This document shows positions 1-7,785 of a DNA stretch of 32,000 nucleotides, one piece after another. The notes beneath the pieces are model-generated. The model ran no database searches, was not told where the DNA came from, and was given only the letters and a program-made list of their open reading frames with translations. Each line of letters starts with the position of its first letter. Position 1 is the stretch's first letter. This DNA comes from Pyrobaculum calidifontis JCM 11548 (lineage in GTDB: Archaea > Thermoproteota > Thermoprotei > Thermoproteales > Thermoproteaceae). Both the position numbers and the translations under genes were made by a program. The DNA is taken from contig NC_009073.1 of NCBI RefSeq assembly GCF_000015805.1, positions 810,001 to 842,000 on the forward strand, read 5' to 3'.

Positions 1-98
1 GGTGCGGGCTGTTGAGGCGTGAGGAGCCAAGACGCTATTCCAATAGCTATAATAACAACGATAATGGTGGTTATTATTACTAGGTTTTTTGTCTGCAT
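1..98 (-). CDS. Partial CDS (5' end only, continues past window start): N-terminal signal-anchor of an unidentified secreted/membrane protein
   Basis: A minus-strand ATG near 98 opens MQTKNLVIITTIIVVIIAIGIASWLLTPQQPAP... and stays open to the window edge. It has a hydrophobic anchor after a short polar N-terminus. It is absent from the ORF track because it is truncated. Confidence 0.35.
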   Translation of the reverse strand, partial: MQTKNLVIITTIIVVIIAIGIASWLLTPQQPA

Positions 99-302
99 AG
101 AGCTGAGATTTCAAATGTTTAAAAACTTATTTATCGTTACTCGACGTAGAGGTACAATTCGCCTATATTAAGATTTAAACATAGTTTTAACCAGAAAATG
201 AGGTACATAATACCGATTATCTAAGCGCCTATGCGCTGTCGCAATGGGTATAGGCCAGAATCGCTTATAATAAATAAGACGTAACACCTACGTCAGAGGA
301 GG

Positions 303-972
303 TACGATTTTGCCACCAAGTTCTTCGCTTTCACCTGGAAATACCTGACGCCTATAATGGAGAGGCTAAGTCCTAAAAAAGCGGACTGCGCATTATCAAA
401 GTATCTGAGTCCCATTCGCCCCAGACCTCCTAAATTATCTTTGAACTTGTCAAGCCGTCTCCCGCCGCCTGCCTCATGACAGAGTATATGTTGACGAGGG
501 GACGCGGCGTAACCGGAAACTTGACTGCGGCGAGTAAGCCCCTCTTTACCCCAATAAAGAGGGCTGACAGGCGTCGTGGTGAATGAAGGATTTAAACGCG
601 CTATTTGGCCTAGCCGTGTCTCTAGGTGGGTTAGTTGATGTCGCCTTAGACTCCCTTTACGTCTTTCTACTCCCCACGGCAATAGCGGCGGCGCCAAGCA
701 TATTTGTCGCTCTACCGCAGAGACGGAAATATGGCGGAGTGTGGTAGCCGTTATAAACGGCTTAGTGGTCTGCCCACGGTTTCCTGGCCCCTCTACCTCC
801 ACGGCTAGGAGGGCCCTTGGGCTTTTTGGACGGGCTGTACACTCTTAACGCTGTTGTGCTGGAGTACAGTCCCCTCATCCTGCTCCTCTACACGGCGTTT
901 GTCCACAAAACCATGCTTGGTGAGCGGGACACGGCCATGCAGTTAAGCGTCATGCTCTTATGTCGTGTCTAA
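303..972 (+). pseudogene. Probable decayed gene: successive + strand frame fragments with membrane-protein-like sequence broken by stops/frameshifts
   Basis: Hand translation gives fragments in shifting frames: YDFATKFFAFTWKYLTPIMERL..., GLAVSLGGLVDVALDSLYVFLLPTAIAAAPSIFVALPQ..., GPLGFLDGLYTLNAVVLEYSPLILLLYTAFVHKTMLGERDTAMQLSVMLLCRV*. No intact ORF exists on this strand. The only long ORF (293..802, minus) has a non-protein-like composition. Confidence 0.3.
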
Positions 973-1023
973 ATTCTACATATTAGTGAAATAAATCATT
1001 TTTTATTGTAAAAATGGTTTTTT

Positions 1024-2214
1024 GTGAAAAGGATAGCAGTTCTAGGGGGAGGTACAGGAGGCTTAATAGTGGCAAATTTACTTGCGCGCAATCTCCGTAG
1101 AGAAATTGTAAAAGGAGAGGTAGATCTCATGCTGTTTGACAAAAGTAATACGTATATATTAGAGGCGGGGCTTCTCCCCTATGTGGCACACGCATTTGAC
1201 GAAGAAGATTTAAAATATAACAAGAGAACTCTTCTCGACCCTGTAATTAAGTACTATACAGGGCCTAGTGGAACTATTACATATATTGACTTGAAAAACA
1301 GAAAGTTTAAAACACAAGATGGAAAAGAGTATAGCTATGACTACTTAGTAATAGCGCTGGGATGTACCTACGACATAAGCCAACCCCCCGGACTTAAAGA
1401 CGACTACCACACCTACTACGAGTTTGAAAAAGCGAAAGAGCTCAGAGAAATGCTTGAGCGTTTTACGGGGGGCTCAATTGTACAAATGGTTTACATGCCC
1501 GACGTTCCTATTAAGTGTCCCATAGCATCTGGCAAAGGCCCACTCCTAATAGACAGCTACCTTAGCCATGTGAGAAGACTGCGCGGCAAATACATGGTTA
1601 CGGTGGTGACCACCGTGGACCACCTACATGCACAGCCAGAGGTAAATAAAGTCCTAGAAGAGAGACTGAGGGAGAGAGGACATACGTGGATATACAACTT
1701 TGAACCTTCTGAGGTAGACCCGAAAAAGAAAGAGGTCATAGCAACAAACGGCGAGAGGGTAAAATACGACCTGCTAATAACCATACCCCTTCACAGAGGC
1801 CCTGAGGTGATTAAAAAGTCTGAAATAGGCGATCCATACGGCTTCTTGCCGGGAGATAGATATACGTTGACGTACAGGAGGGGGAAAGAACATTACGACG
1901 AAGTGTACATAGTTGGCGACGTTGCTAATATAGGCGTTGCACGCGCCGGCGCTGTAGCACACTACGAGGCCTACGTAGTTGCCCACAACATAGCCAGCGA
2001 AGTTAAAGGATTTGGGGACAAAATTTTGTTCTTCGGGGAGGTTATATGCCCCTACCTAGAGACGGCCTATACGCCCTACGATAAGGGCAGGGCGTGGATG
2101 CCGTGGTGGACTTATGCTAAAAACGCCAGGCCCTTCGTAGGCACCACCTGGGGCTGGTACCTCATGAGAACTTACTATCTCACAATACCTCTCACTCTGA
2201 GGGGGTTGATATGA
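1024..2214 (+). CDS. FAD-dependent pyridine nucleotide-disulfide oxidoreductase, sulfide:quinone oxidoreductase / NDH-2-like
   Basis: GTG start. The N-terminus has a Rossmann fingerprint (IAVLGGGTGG). A conserved-looking Cys lies in PIKCP and a late Cys in EVICPY, resembling the SQR/FCSD flavoprotein layout. The stop overlaps the next start (ATGA). Confidence 0.8.
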   Translation: MKRIAVLGGGTGGLIVANLLARNLRREIVKGEVDLMLFDKSNTYILEAGLLPYVAHAFDEEDLKYNKRTLLDPVIKYYTGPSGTITYIDLKNRKFKTQDGKEYSYDYLVIALGCTYDISQPPGLKDDYHTYYEFEKAKELREMLERFTGGSIVQMVYMPDVPIKCPIASGKGPLLIDSYLSHVRRLRGKYMVTVVTTVDHLHAQPEVNKVLEERLRERGHTWIYNFEPSEVDPKKKEVIATNGERVKYDLLITIPLHRGPEVIKKSEIGDPYGFLPGDRYTLTYRRGKEHYDEVYIVGDVANIGVARAGAVAHYEAYVVAHNIASEVKGFGDKILFFGEVICPYLETAYTPYDKGRAWMPWWTYAKNARPFVGTTWGWYLMRTYYLTIPLTLRGLI

Positions 2215-2696
2215 GTGAGGTAAGCGAGTTAGTCAAAGAGTTGAGGTCTAGGTGGATTGCCACTGAGAGAGTTGTAGCCACGGCGGCGGGGAAGTCTAAG
2301 CCTGTTCTCCCAGACGAGGTAGTGCTACAACATTTAAAGGCAGCCGCCGAGTTTCTTGTAAGATCTGGCACATTAGACGTCGTAGTTGAACTCTTGGCGA
2401 CGCTTGCAATGTTACAAGACGTTGTAACAGATAGAATGGTGGACGAGTGGGCAAGAAACCTAAGGAAAGTAGGCCTCCTAGCCGACAGTCTTACAAGGAC
2501 GTCGCTTCTAGAGGTGTTGTCTAATGCGCTACTAGACGTAGAGTTAGAAAGAGCAATTCTAGAAGTAAAAGACGGAAAAAAGATCTCGCTTATCACGCTA
2601 ATTTCTCTGTTTAACGACCAAGAAGTACGCCAAGGTCTCTATATCGTACTCAAGCTTCTAAAAGCGTTGGGAAAAGCAACTAAGACGCTTGAGTAA
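2211..2696 (+). CDS. Helical accessory protein, DUF1641-like by context
   Basis: ATGA coupling to the upstream flavoprotein. It is 161 aa, helical and Leu/Val-rich, with no TM segment. DUF1641 proteins typically sit directly after SQR/NDH-2-like flavoproteins. The family call rests on context and recall, not on a search. Confidence 0.5.
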   Translation: MSEVSELVKELRSRWIATERVVATAAGKSKPVLPDEVVLQHLKAAAEFLVRSGTLDVVVELLATLAMLQDVVTDRMVDEWARNLRKVGLLADSLTRTSLLEVLSNALLDVELERAILEVKDGKKISLITLISLFNDQEVRQGLYIVLKLLKALGKATKTLE

Positions 2697-2773
2697 AATT
2701 ACGAACACCGATATGTGTACACAAAGTATATTCTATGTACACTTGTAATAGTTATGATTAAATATTTCAAGAG

Positions 2774-3379
2774 ATGTGCCGATGCATGGATGTGATTTCT
2801 CTCCAGATAATAGAAACGTTGGCAGAGGCAGAGTTGTACAAAGGAGGTGCTTCACCTTATTATGTAATGAAGAAACTAAATCTCTACCCAGCTTTTTCAT
2901 ATAAACTTATTAAAAAACTTGAAAAAGAAAACTATATAATATGTAAGAAGAATAAAAAAGGGAGAATCTGCAACTTAACTCTTTATGGAATAGTTACATT
3001 ATTTAAAGAATACAATAAGAATTTAGCAAGACTACTATTTGTTAAAAAATTAAATTTAAAATTATTAGAAATTGACAGTGCAGATAGGGTCTTAGAAAAA
3101 TTGGCCTCTCTTGATGGGAATAACGGCTACATCTATCTAATTATTGGTTTTTGTCTACTCAATTTTTATGATAATGACATAAGAAAATTACTTGTTGAAT
3201 TATTGAAAGACATAGATTTTATGATGATAATAGGGGGCAAATGTGTATATATGCACAAAAATGGGGCTCGATATTGTTTTTGTACAACAAGTTTATATGA
3301 TGGTGAATGTAAGAAAGAAAAGTGCCCATTTAACGTGAACCTTCCATTAAAAATCTTAAAAGAGATATTCTCGCGTTGA
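2774..3379 (+). CDS. Putative winged-helix DNA-binding protein with C-terminal Cys/His cluster, encoded in a strongly AT-rich islet
   Basis: The N-terminal segment (SPYYVMKKLNLYPAFSYKLIKKLEKENYIICKKNKKGRICNLTLYG) looks like a wHTH. The C-terminus carries C-x3-H-x6-C-x-C-x8-C-x4-C. Lys/Asn/Ile-rich codon usage is unlike the neighbouring genes. Confidence 0.6.
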   Translation: MCRCMDVISLQIIETLAEAELYKGGASPYYVMKKLNLYPAFSYKLIKKLEKENYIICKKNKKGRICNLTLYGIVTLFKEYNKNLARLLFVKKLNLKLLEIDSADRVLEKLASLDGNNGYIYLIIGFCLLNFYDNDIRKLLVELLKDIDFMMIIGGKCVYMHKNGARYCFCTTSLYDGECKKEKCPFNVNLPLKILKEIFSR

Positions 3380-3446
3380 AATATAACGCCTCTTGTTATA
3401 CATGCTGTTGTAATAATGTATTTTAATATAGTTTATAAATACGCCT

Positions 3447-4865
3447 ATGTCTCAAACTAAAATCGACTGGAGTTCCTTGTATAAGAAGGAGGATTGGTGG
3501 GCTCTGTGGCTTGGCCTATTTGTGTTTCTACTAGCCGCCGCCTTTTTACTAGGGTGGGCGCCTAAGGTCAGTGTGTGGCTCGACCCAATGAAAAGCGTCT
3601 CTACCGCCAGTAAAGATTTTGCATATCTAGGGGGCTGGAGCATCCTCCTCCTCTACTTCTTTACTTTAGTAGTTTTGACTATAGCGGCGGCGATTATGAA
3701 ATTTGACGTGAAGGCCTACGCAGTTGGCTACACTGTTATCTTCTGGCTGTCTTACCTCATGTGGTGGATTGGACACAACGCATATATAGCCGCTACTCCC
3801 GACCAATACCCCAAGTTTGGCATAAACTGGAGTCTTAGCTTGACCGGCGAAGCCGGCTACATCTTCGCGCTTCTGCTGGGCTTGATCATTGGCAACGCTT
3901 TTAGAAAGCTACCAAAGCCGCTGGAGACAGCTGCCAGGCCTGAGTGGTATATTAAAACCGCTATTGTCCTCCTAGGCGCAGTCATCGGCGCCAAGTCTCT
4001 AGCTAATCTCCAAGTCGCGGCAGAGATTCTGACTAGGAGCCTTATAGCAATAGTGGCCGCCTACTTGATCTACTGGCCTATTAGCTATTGGGTCTCTAGA
4101 AAGCTAGGCTTAGATAGACAGTGGTCCGCCGTGTTGGCCTCCGGCGTGAGTATATGCGGCGTGTCTGCAGCTATCGCCACGGCTGGCGCAATAGGCGCGC
4201 CCGCGGTGATACCCGGCACCATAGCCTCTATAATTGTCATATTCGCCGTAGTAGAACTTATTATCCTCCCGTGGATAGCTGCACAGATTTTGACTTGGGC
4301 TCCCCTAGCCGCTGGCGCTTGGATGGGGCTCGCCGTTAAAACCGACGGTGCCGCCGCCGCGTCGGGCGCAGTGGCGGACGCACTCATATCGGTCGTGGTT
4401 CCAGAGGCTAAGAACTGGGTTACTGCGACGGCGGTTACAGTCAAGGTGTTTATCGACATATGGATAGGCTTGTGGGCTTTTATAATGGCGCTGTGGTGGG
4501 TCACTAGAGTGGAGAGAAAGCCCGGGGAGAAGGTGTCCGCCATAGTTATCTGGTTTAGATTCCCGAAGTTTGTAATTGGCTACTTTGTCACTATGCTTGC
4601 GCTTATGGGACTGGCGTGGTTTATGCCGCTTAAACAAGCCGCAGATTTAGCTAACGCAATTGCTGGACAGTCAGACGTGTTGAGGCAGTTCTTCTTCCTC
4701 ATCACCTTCACCTCGATTGGGCTAACTACAAACTTTAGAAAATTTAAGGAGATTGGCGCTGGCAAGGCGGTATTGGCATACGCCATTTCGCTGTTGATAA
4801 TTATAGTCATTGCACTGGCGCTGTCTATTGCCTTCTTTGCAGGCGTGCCGCTTCCCAAATCCTAA
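3447..4865 (+). CDS. YeiH/UPF0324-family integral membrane protein (putative sulfate exporter family transporter)
   Basis: About 10 or more hydrophobic segments. The motif SGVSICGVSAAIATAGAIGA matches the conserved ICGxSA core I associate with UPF0324/YeiH. Confidence 0.75.
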   Translation: MSQTKIDWSSLYKKEDWWALWLGLFVFLLAAAFLLGWAPKVSVWLDPMKSVSTASKDFAYLGGWSILLLYFFTLVVLTIAAAIMKFDVKAYAVGYTVIFWLSYLMWWIGHNAYIAATPDQYPKFGINWSLSLTGEAGYIFALLLGLIIGNAFRKLPKPLETAARPEWYIKTAIVLLGAVIGAKSLANLQVAAEILTRSLIAIVAAYLIYWPISYWVSRKLGLDRQWSAVLASGVSICGVSAAIATAGAIGAPAVIPGTIASIIVIFAVVELIILPWIAAQILTWAPLAAGAWMGLAVKTDGAAAASGAVADALISVVVPEAKNWVTATAVTVKVFIDIWIGLWAFIMALWWVTRVERKPGEKVSAIVIWFRFPKFVIGYFVTMLALMGLAWFMPLKQAADLANAIAGQSDVLRQFFFLITFTSIGLTTNFRKFKEIGAGKAVLAYAISLLIIIVIALALSIAFFAGVPLPKS

Positions 4866-4869
4866 TTTT

Positions 4870-5979
4870 TTAAATCCAATACAGCCTATAACATTTTTTA
4901 CAAGCTTCCGGCGGCTCTGGTGGAATTGTCTCTATTTTTCTAATCTCATATCTGTAGACGAATTCTCTGTAGCTCTTCTTCCTAATTATATCGGCCAGTC
5001 TCTCGTGTCGTATATTTCCAAAGGCTAGTCGCGGAGCTTTTTCGCACCTTTCTTCAAAACACCTTTCCGCCGACTGCGTAGAGAGGCCTAGGTATACGCA
5101 GGGGTAGACTGAGCCGTCGACGCCTATGAACAGCGTCGAAGTGGGGGCCTCTGGACACTCCACGTGTTCCCAAGGCGTGTATAGGCGGTGGAAGAGCGTT
5201 ATACCCACTTCCTTTGCCACTCTCTTTGCGGCTTCTACTACGGCTAACACGTCGTCTGGTGGTGGTTCAAACATCTTTGAAAATACCTTGAGCCCCCAGA
5301 GGTCTGGGCGGGGGATGTAGCTGAGGTTGCTTAGGCGTACCTCGTCCACCCCTGCCTCGGCCATTAGTTTTACGAACTGGGGCAATTCGCGGTAGGTGTT
5401 TTTCAACATCATGTATATGGCGACGGTTCTCGTCTTCGCCAAGGCGTTTTTCGCCGCCTTTACAAAGGTCTTGAGGTTTTGAAGGACAGTGTCGAAGTCG
5501 TTTCCCACTCTGACTCTGTTGTGCGTCTCAGCCGTCGCCCCTGCGAAAGTCACTGCCACAACGTCTACGCCTACTTTTGCAACATCCTCCGCTACTCTTC
5601 CCAGCAGTAGCCCATTGGTGGTAAAGCTGACTTTGTAGTAACGCCTCGCCTCTTTTAACATGTCTAAGAAGCGTGGGTGCAATAGGGGCTCTCCCCAGCC
5701 CTGTAGATGTAGGTGTTCTACGCCGACTTCTCTCCCCTCTTGGACTATTTTCTGGAAAAGCGAGAAATCCATGAACTCCCTCCTCCAGTCGCTGTAAAGT
5801 GCAACGGGACAGTAAATACAACGAGAGGTACACGCCGTCGAAACTTCGACCTGGAGTATGGAGACCACGAGACCTATCCTTTTATTTAATTTAAAACTAC
5901 TTAAGTATGTGGACGTCGCCGAGTTTAAGAGGTGGATGTTCATGGCGGAACGCACGTTGGAGTCCGCCATTAGGGACAT
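4870..5979 (-). CDS. Radical SAM enzyme with SPASM/twitch-type C-terminal auxiliary-cluster domain
   Basis: CTSRCIYC is the CxxxCxxC cluster motif. The C-terminus has C-x14-G-x4-C, then CFEERC and ACKKC. The first ~110 nt overlap the divergent HEPN ORF. The real start is probably internal, for example GTG near 5868, which sits ~20 nt from an A/T box at 5880-5897. Confidence 0.85.
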   Translation of the reverse strand: MSLMADSNVRSAMNIHLLNSATSTYLSSFKLNKRIGLVVSILQVEVSTACTSRCIYCPVALYSDWRREFMDFSLFQKIVQEGREVGVEHLHLQGWGEPLLHPRFLDMLKEARRYYKVSFTTNGLLLGRVAEDVAKVGVDVVAVTFAGATAETHNRVRVGNDFDTVLQNLKTFVKAAKNALAKTRTVAIYMMLKNTYRELPQFVKLMAEAGVDEVRLSNLSYIPRPDLWGLKVFSKMFEPPPDDVLAVVEAAKRVAKEVGITLFHRLYTPWEHVECPEAPTSTLFIGVDGSVYPCVYLGLSTQSAERCFEERCEKAPRLAFGNIRHERLADIIRKKSYREFVYRYEIRKIETIPPEPPEACKKCYRLYWI

Positions 5980-6322
5980 GGAGGGCGGCGACTATAACTG
6001 GGCTTGTTTTAAGGCGCACCAGGCCGGGGAGTTCGCCGTTAAGGCCGTCCTGTACGGCATAGGGAAGCCAGCGAGAGGCCATGCTATTACTCGGCTTCTG
6101 AGGGAGCTCACTGCGTTTGTCCCCGTGGGAGGGGATGCGTTCGAGGACGCGGCGCTTTTAGACAAATTCTACGTGCCCACTAGGTATGTGGATGCGTGGA
6201 GCGAGGGCGTGCCGTATGAGTATTACACGAGGCGCGACGCCGAGTTAGCAATAGAGGCTGCGAGGAGGATTATTGAGTTTGCGAAGGGACTATGGAGGTC
6301 GTTAGGTGGAGAGAAGAGCTAA
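5858..6322 (+). CDS. HEPN domain protein (toxin-type partner of the downstream MNT)
   Basis: AEFKRWMFMAERTLESAIRDMEGGDYNWACFKAHQAGEFAVKAVLY ... YVPTRY is a typical HEPN (PF05168-like) layout. The likely true start is GTG 5909 or ATG 5936/5942. The 3' end overlaps the MNT gene by 31 nt. Confidence 0.8.
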   Translation: METTRPILLFNLKLLKYVDVAEFKRWMFMAERTLESAIRDMEGGDYNWACFKAHQAGEFAVKAVLYGIGKPARGHAITRLLRELTAFVPVGGDAFEDAALLDKFYVPTRYVDAWSEGVPYEYYTRRDAELAIEAARRIIEFAKGLWRSLGGEKS

Positions 6323-6669
6323 GGAAGAGGGCCCTCGGCCTCGCCTTGGAGGCCGCGGCGCAGGTACACGGCACTGTGTTCCTCGTGGGCTCATATGCGA
6401 GGGGGGACTTCGGCGAGGACAGCGACGTAGACCTCCTAGTGATTGCACACTTCACAGAGCCGCCGCACCGGAGGCTCTTGCGCCTCACTCTGCCCGTGGA
6501 AGTCATAGCCTTAACGCCGGAGGAGGCTCTTAGAGCCGTGGAAAAGTGCTACCCCATCGCCTACGACATTGCGCTTGGAGTAGTGCTAAAGGACGAATTG
6601 TCTATCGCCGAGGAGTTAATTCAAAAGGCTAAGCGGTGCACTGCGGGAAAGAGTTATAAAGAGGGGTAG
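6292..6669 (+). CDS. Minimal nucleotidyltransferase (MNT, Pol-beta superfamily)
   Basis: Carries the GSYARGDFGEDSDVDLLVI motif (GS-x10-DxD) and overlaps the upstream HEPN gene. Confidence 0.85.
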   Translation: MEVVRWREELRKRALGLALEAAAQVHGTVFLVGSYARGDFGEDSDVDLLVIAHFTEPPHRRLLRLTLPVEVIALTPEEALRAVEKCYPIAYDIALGVVLKDELSIAEELIQKAKRCTAGKSYKEG

Positions 6670-6734
6670 AGGTAGAGAGGGCTCAGAGGGCCGCGCCAGC
6701 GGCGCCGTGAAGAGCCGCGTCGGGTCCCCCTTGT

Positions 6735-7058
6735 CTACACTATCCTCTTCCAGTACTTCATGGCGTCGCGGAGCACGGCGGATTTGGCCTCTATCACCTC
6801 CTCAGGCGTGTAGGGCAGTACGTCTAGCGAGAGCGGCAGATCCAGCCTGGCCTCCGCCTTGGCCACGAGTTCAAGCCTCTTAAGCCACGGCATGCCCCGG
6901 ACGCTGGGCGACACAATGACTACGTCTACGTCGCTGTCCACGAGCCAGTCTCCCCTGGCCCATGAGCCAAAGAGGTAAGCCGCCTCAACCACTATACCCA
7001 TGCGCTCTAGCTCCTCCACCAGTAGCTTAACTGCTCTAACAACTTTCTCCTCCGCCAT
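6735..7058 (-). CDS. Minimal nucleotidyltransferase (MNT), second copy
   Basis: Carries the LFGSWARGDWLVDSDVDVVIVS motif. It is overlapped by 23 nt by the upstream (minus strand) HEPN reading frame. Confidence 0.85.
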   Translation of the reverse strand: MAEEKVVRAVKLLVEELERMGIVVEAAYLFGSWARGDWLVDSDVDVVIVSPSVRGMPWLKRLELVAKAEARLDLPLSLDVLPYTPEEVIEAKSAVLRDAMKYWKRIV

Positions 7059-7447
7059 ATGCCAGCGACGCCAGTTTTACGACCTCTGCCGCGATCTCGA
7101 CGGCGTACGCCGCCTCTCGCCTTGTGAAAAGCTCAGAGGGCGGGCCGCCGGCCGCGTCCGGGTACCTAGACGTGGCGTAGTACTTTGTCAAAACGGCGAG
7201 CCCCTCCACGAGCTCTGGCGAAAACTCGACGCCAGCGCCCCTCAGCTCGCGGTATAGCTCTAGCAAATTGTGCCTCTTGGGGGGCTCCTTTCTCAAGAAG
7301 AGGTAGAAGAGGGATTTCAGAGCCTTATCCGCCGCTTGATGTGAGTGAAATGCGACAAAGTTGTAAAGCCCATTTTCAAGTAATATCTTGGCAACTTTGC
7401 ACTCGTGGACGGCCTCCCCTAAGCCAAATCAGCCCCTCTTCTCTCAC
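7036..7447 (-). pseudogene. HEPN domain gene interrupted by a +1 frameshift (pseudogene, sequencing error or recoding)
   Basis: The track ORF 7036..7296 starts at TTG and holds only the C-terminal half (YYATSRYPDA...). The same frame stays open upstream to 7428 (GEAVHECKVAKILLENGLYNFVAFHSHQAADKALKSLFYLF) but has no start codon there. A GTG at 7447 opens another frame (VREEGLIWLRG...), which gives the expected HEPN N-terminus. The two frames join at a GGGG run near 7416-7420. Confidence 0.6.
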
Positions 7448-7785
7448 ACCTACGTCTACCTACACTTTTTTATCACTATGCGCGGAGTGCTCGGTAGCCT
7501 TAGACACGTTAGATAACACGCTCTCTCTGGAACGCGGCTACTCCAGAAGCCCTTAGGAATACCTTTGTCTATTCTCATTGTGTAGAACAAGCGGAGGTCT
7601 TTACTCTCAGAGGTTTTGACTGGATGAGTAGCTCGTATCCAGTGCCGCCCCATGGAGACCCGGTATTTGTCAAGGGGGCGATTGGGCACGGCCCGTATTG
7701 TCGCCGGCATCTGCTATTATCGCAATGGGCATCTTAACCGCTCTCTTAAGCGTATAGAATATGCCGCTTTGGCATTACGCCGTTT

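Noticed and set aside
293-802. 169-aa minus-strand ORF
   Set aside because: Its Arg/Gly/Ser/Thr-rich, low-complexity composition has no recognisable motif. It lies antisense to the better protein-like (but broken) + strand fragments, so it is probably a chance open frame.
2712-2723. TATGTGTACA shared between 2712-2721 and 20188-20197 as a common regulatory motif
   Set aside because: It is a single 10-mer coincidence built on the common TGTACA palindrome, with no further flanking similarity. That is insufficient to link the loci.
7600-7665. Possible C/D box sRNA (ctgGATGAgtag... hairpin CTGGAT/ATCCAG)
   Set aside because: Only an imperfect C-box-like GGAUGA is present. No D box (CUGA) lies at the expected spacing, and there is no terminal stem or C'/D' pair.
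7185-7710. ORFs 7185..7556 (+) and 7456..7710 (-)
   Set aside because: The first is the antisense frame of the frameshifted HEPN gene. The second has no motif, an odd composition and no start context. I treat 7450-7785 as intergenic.
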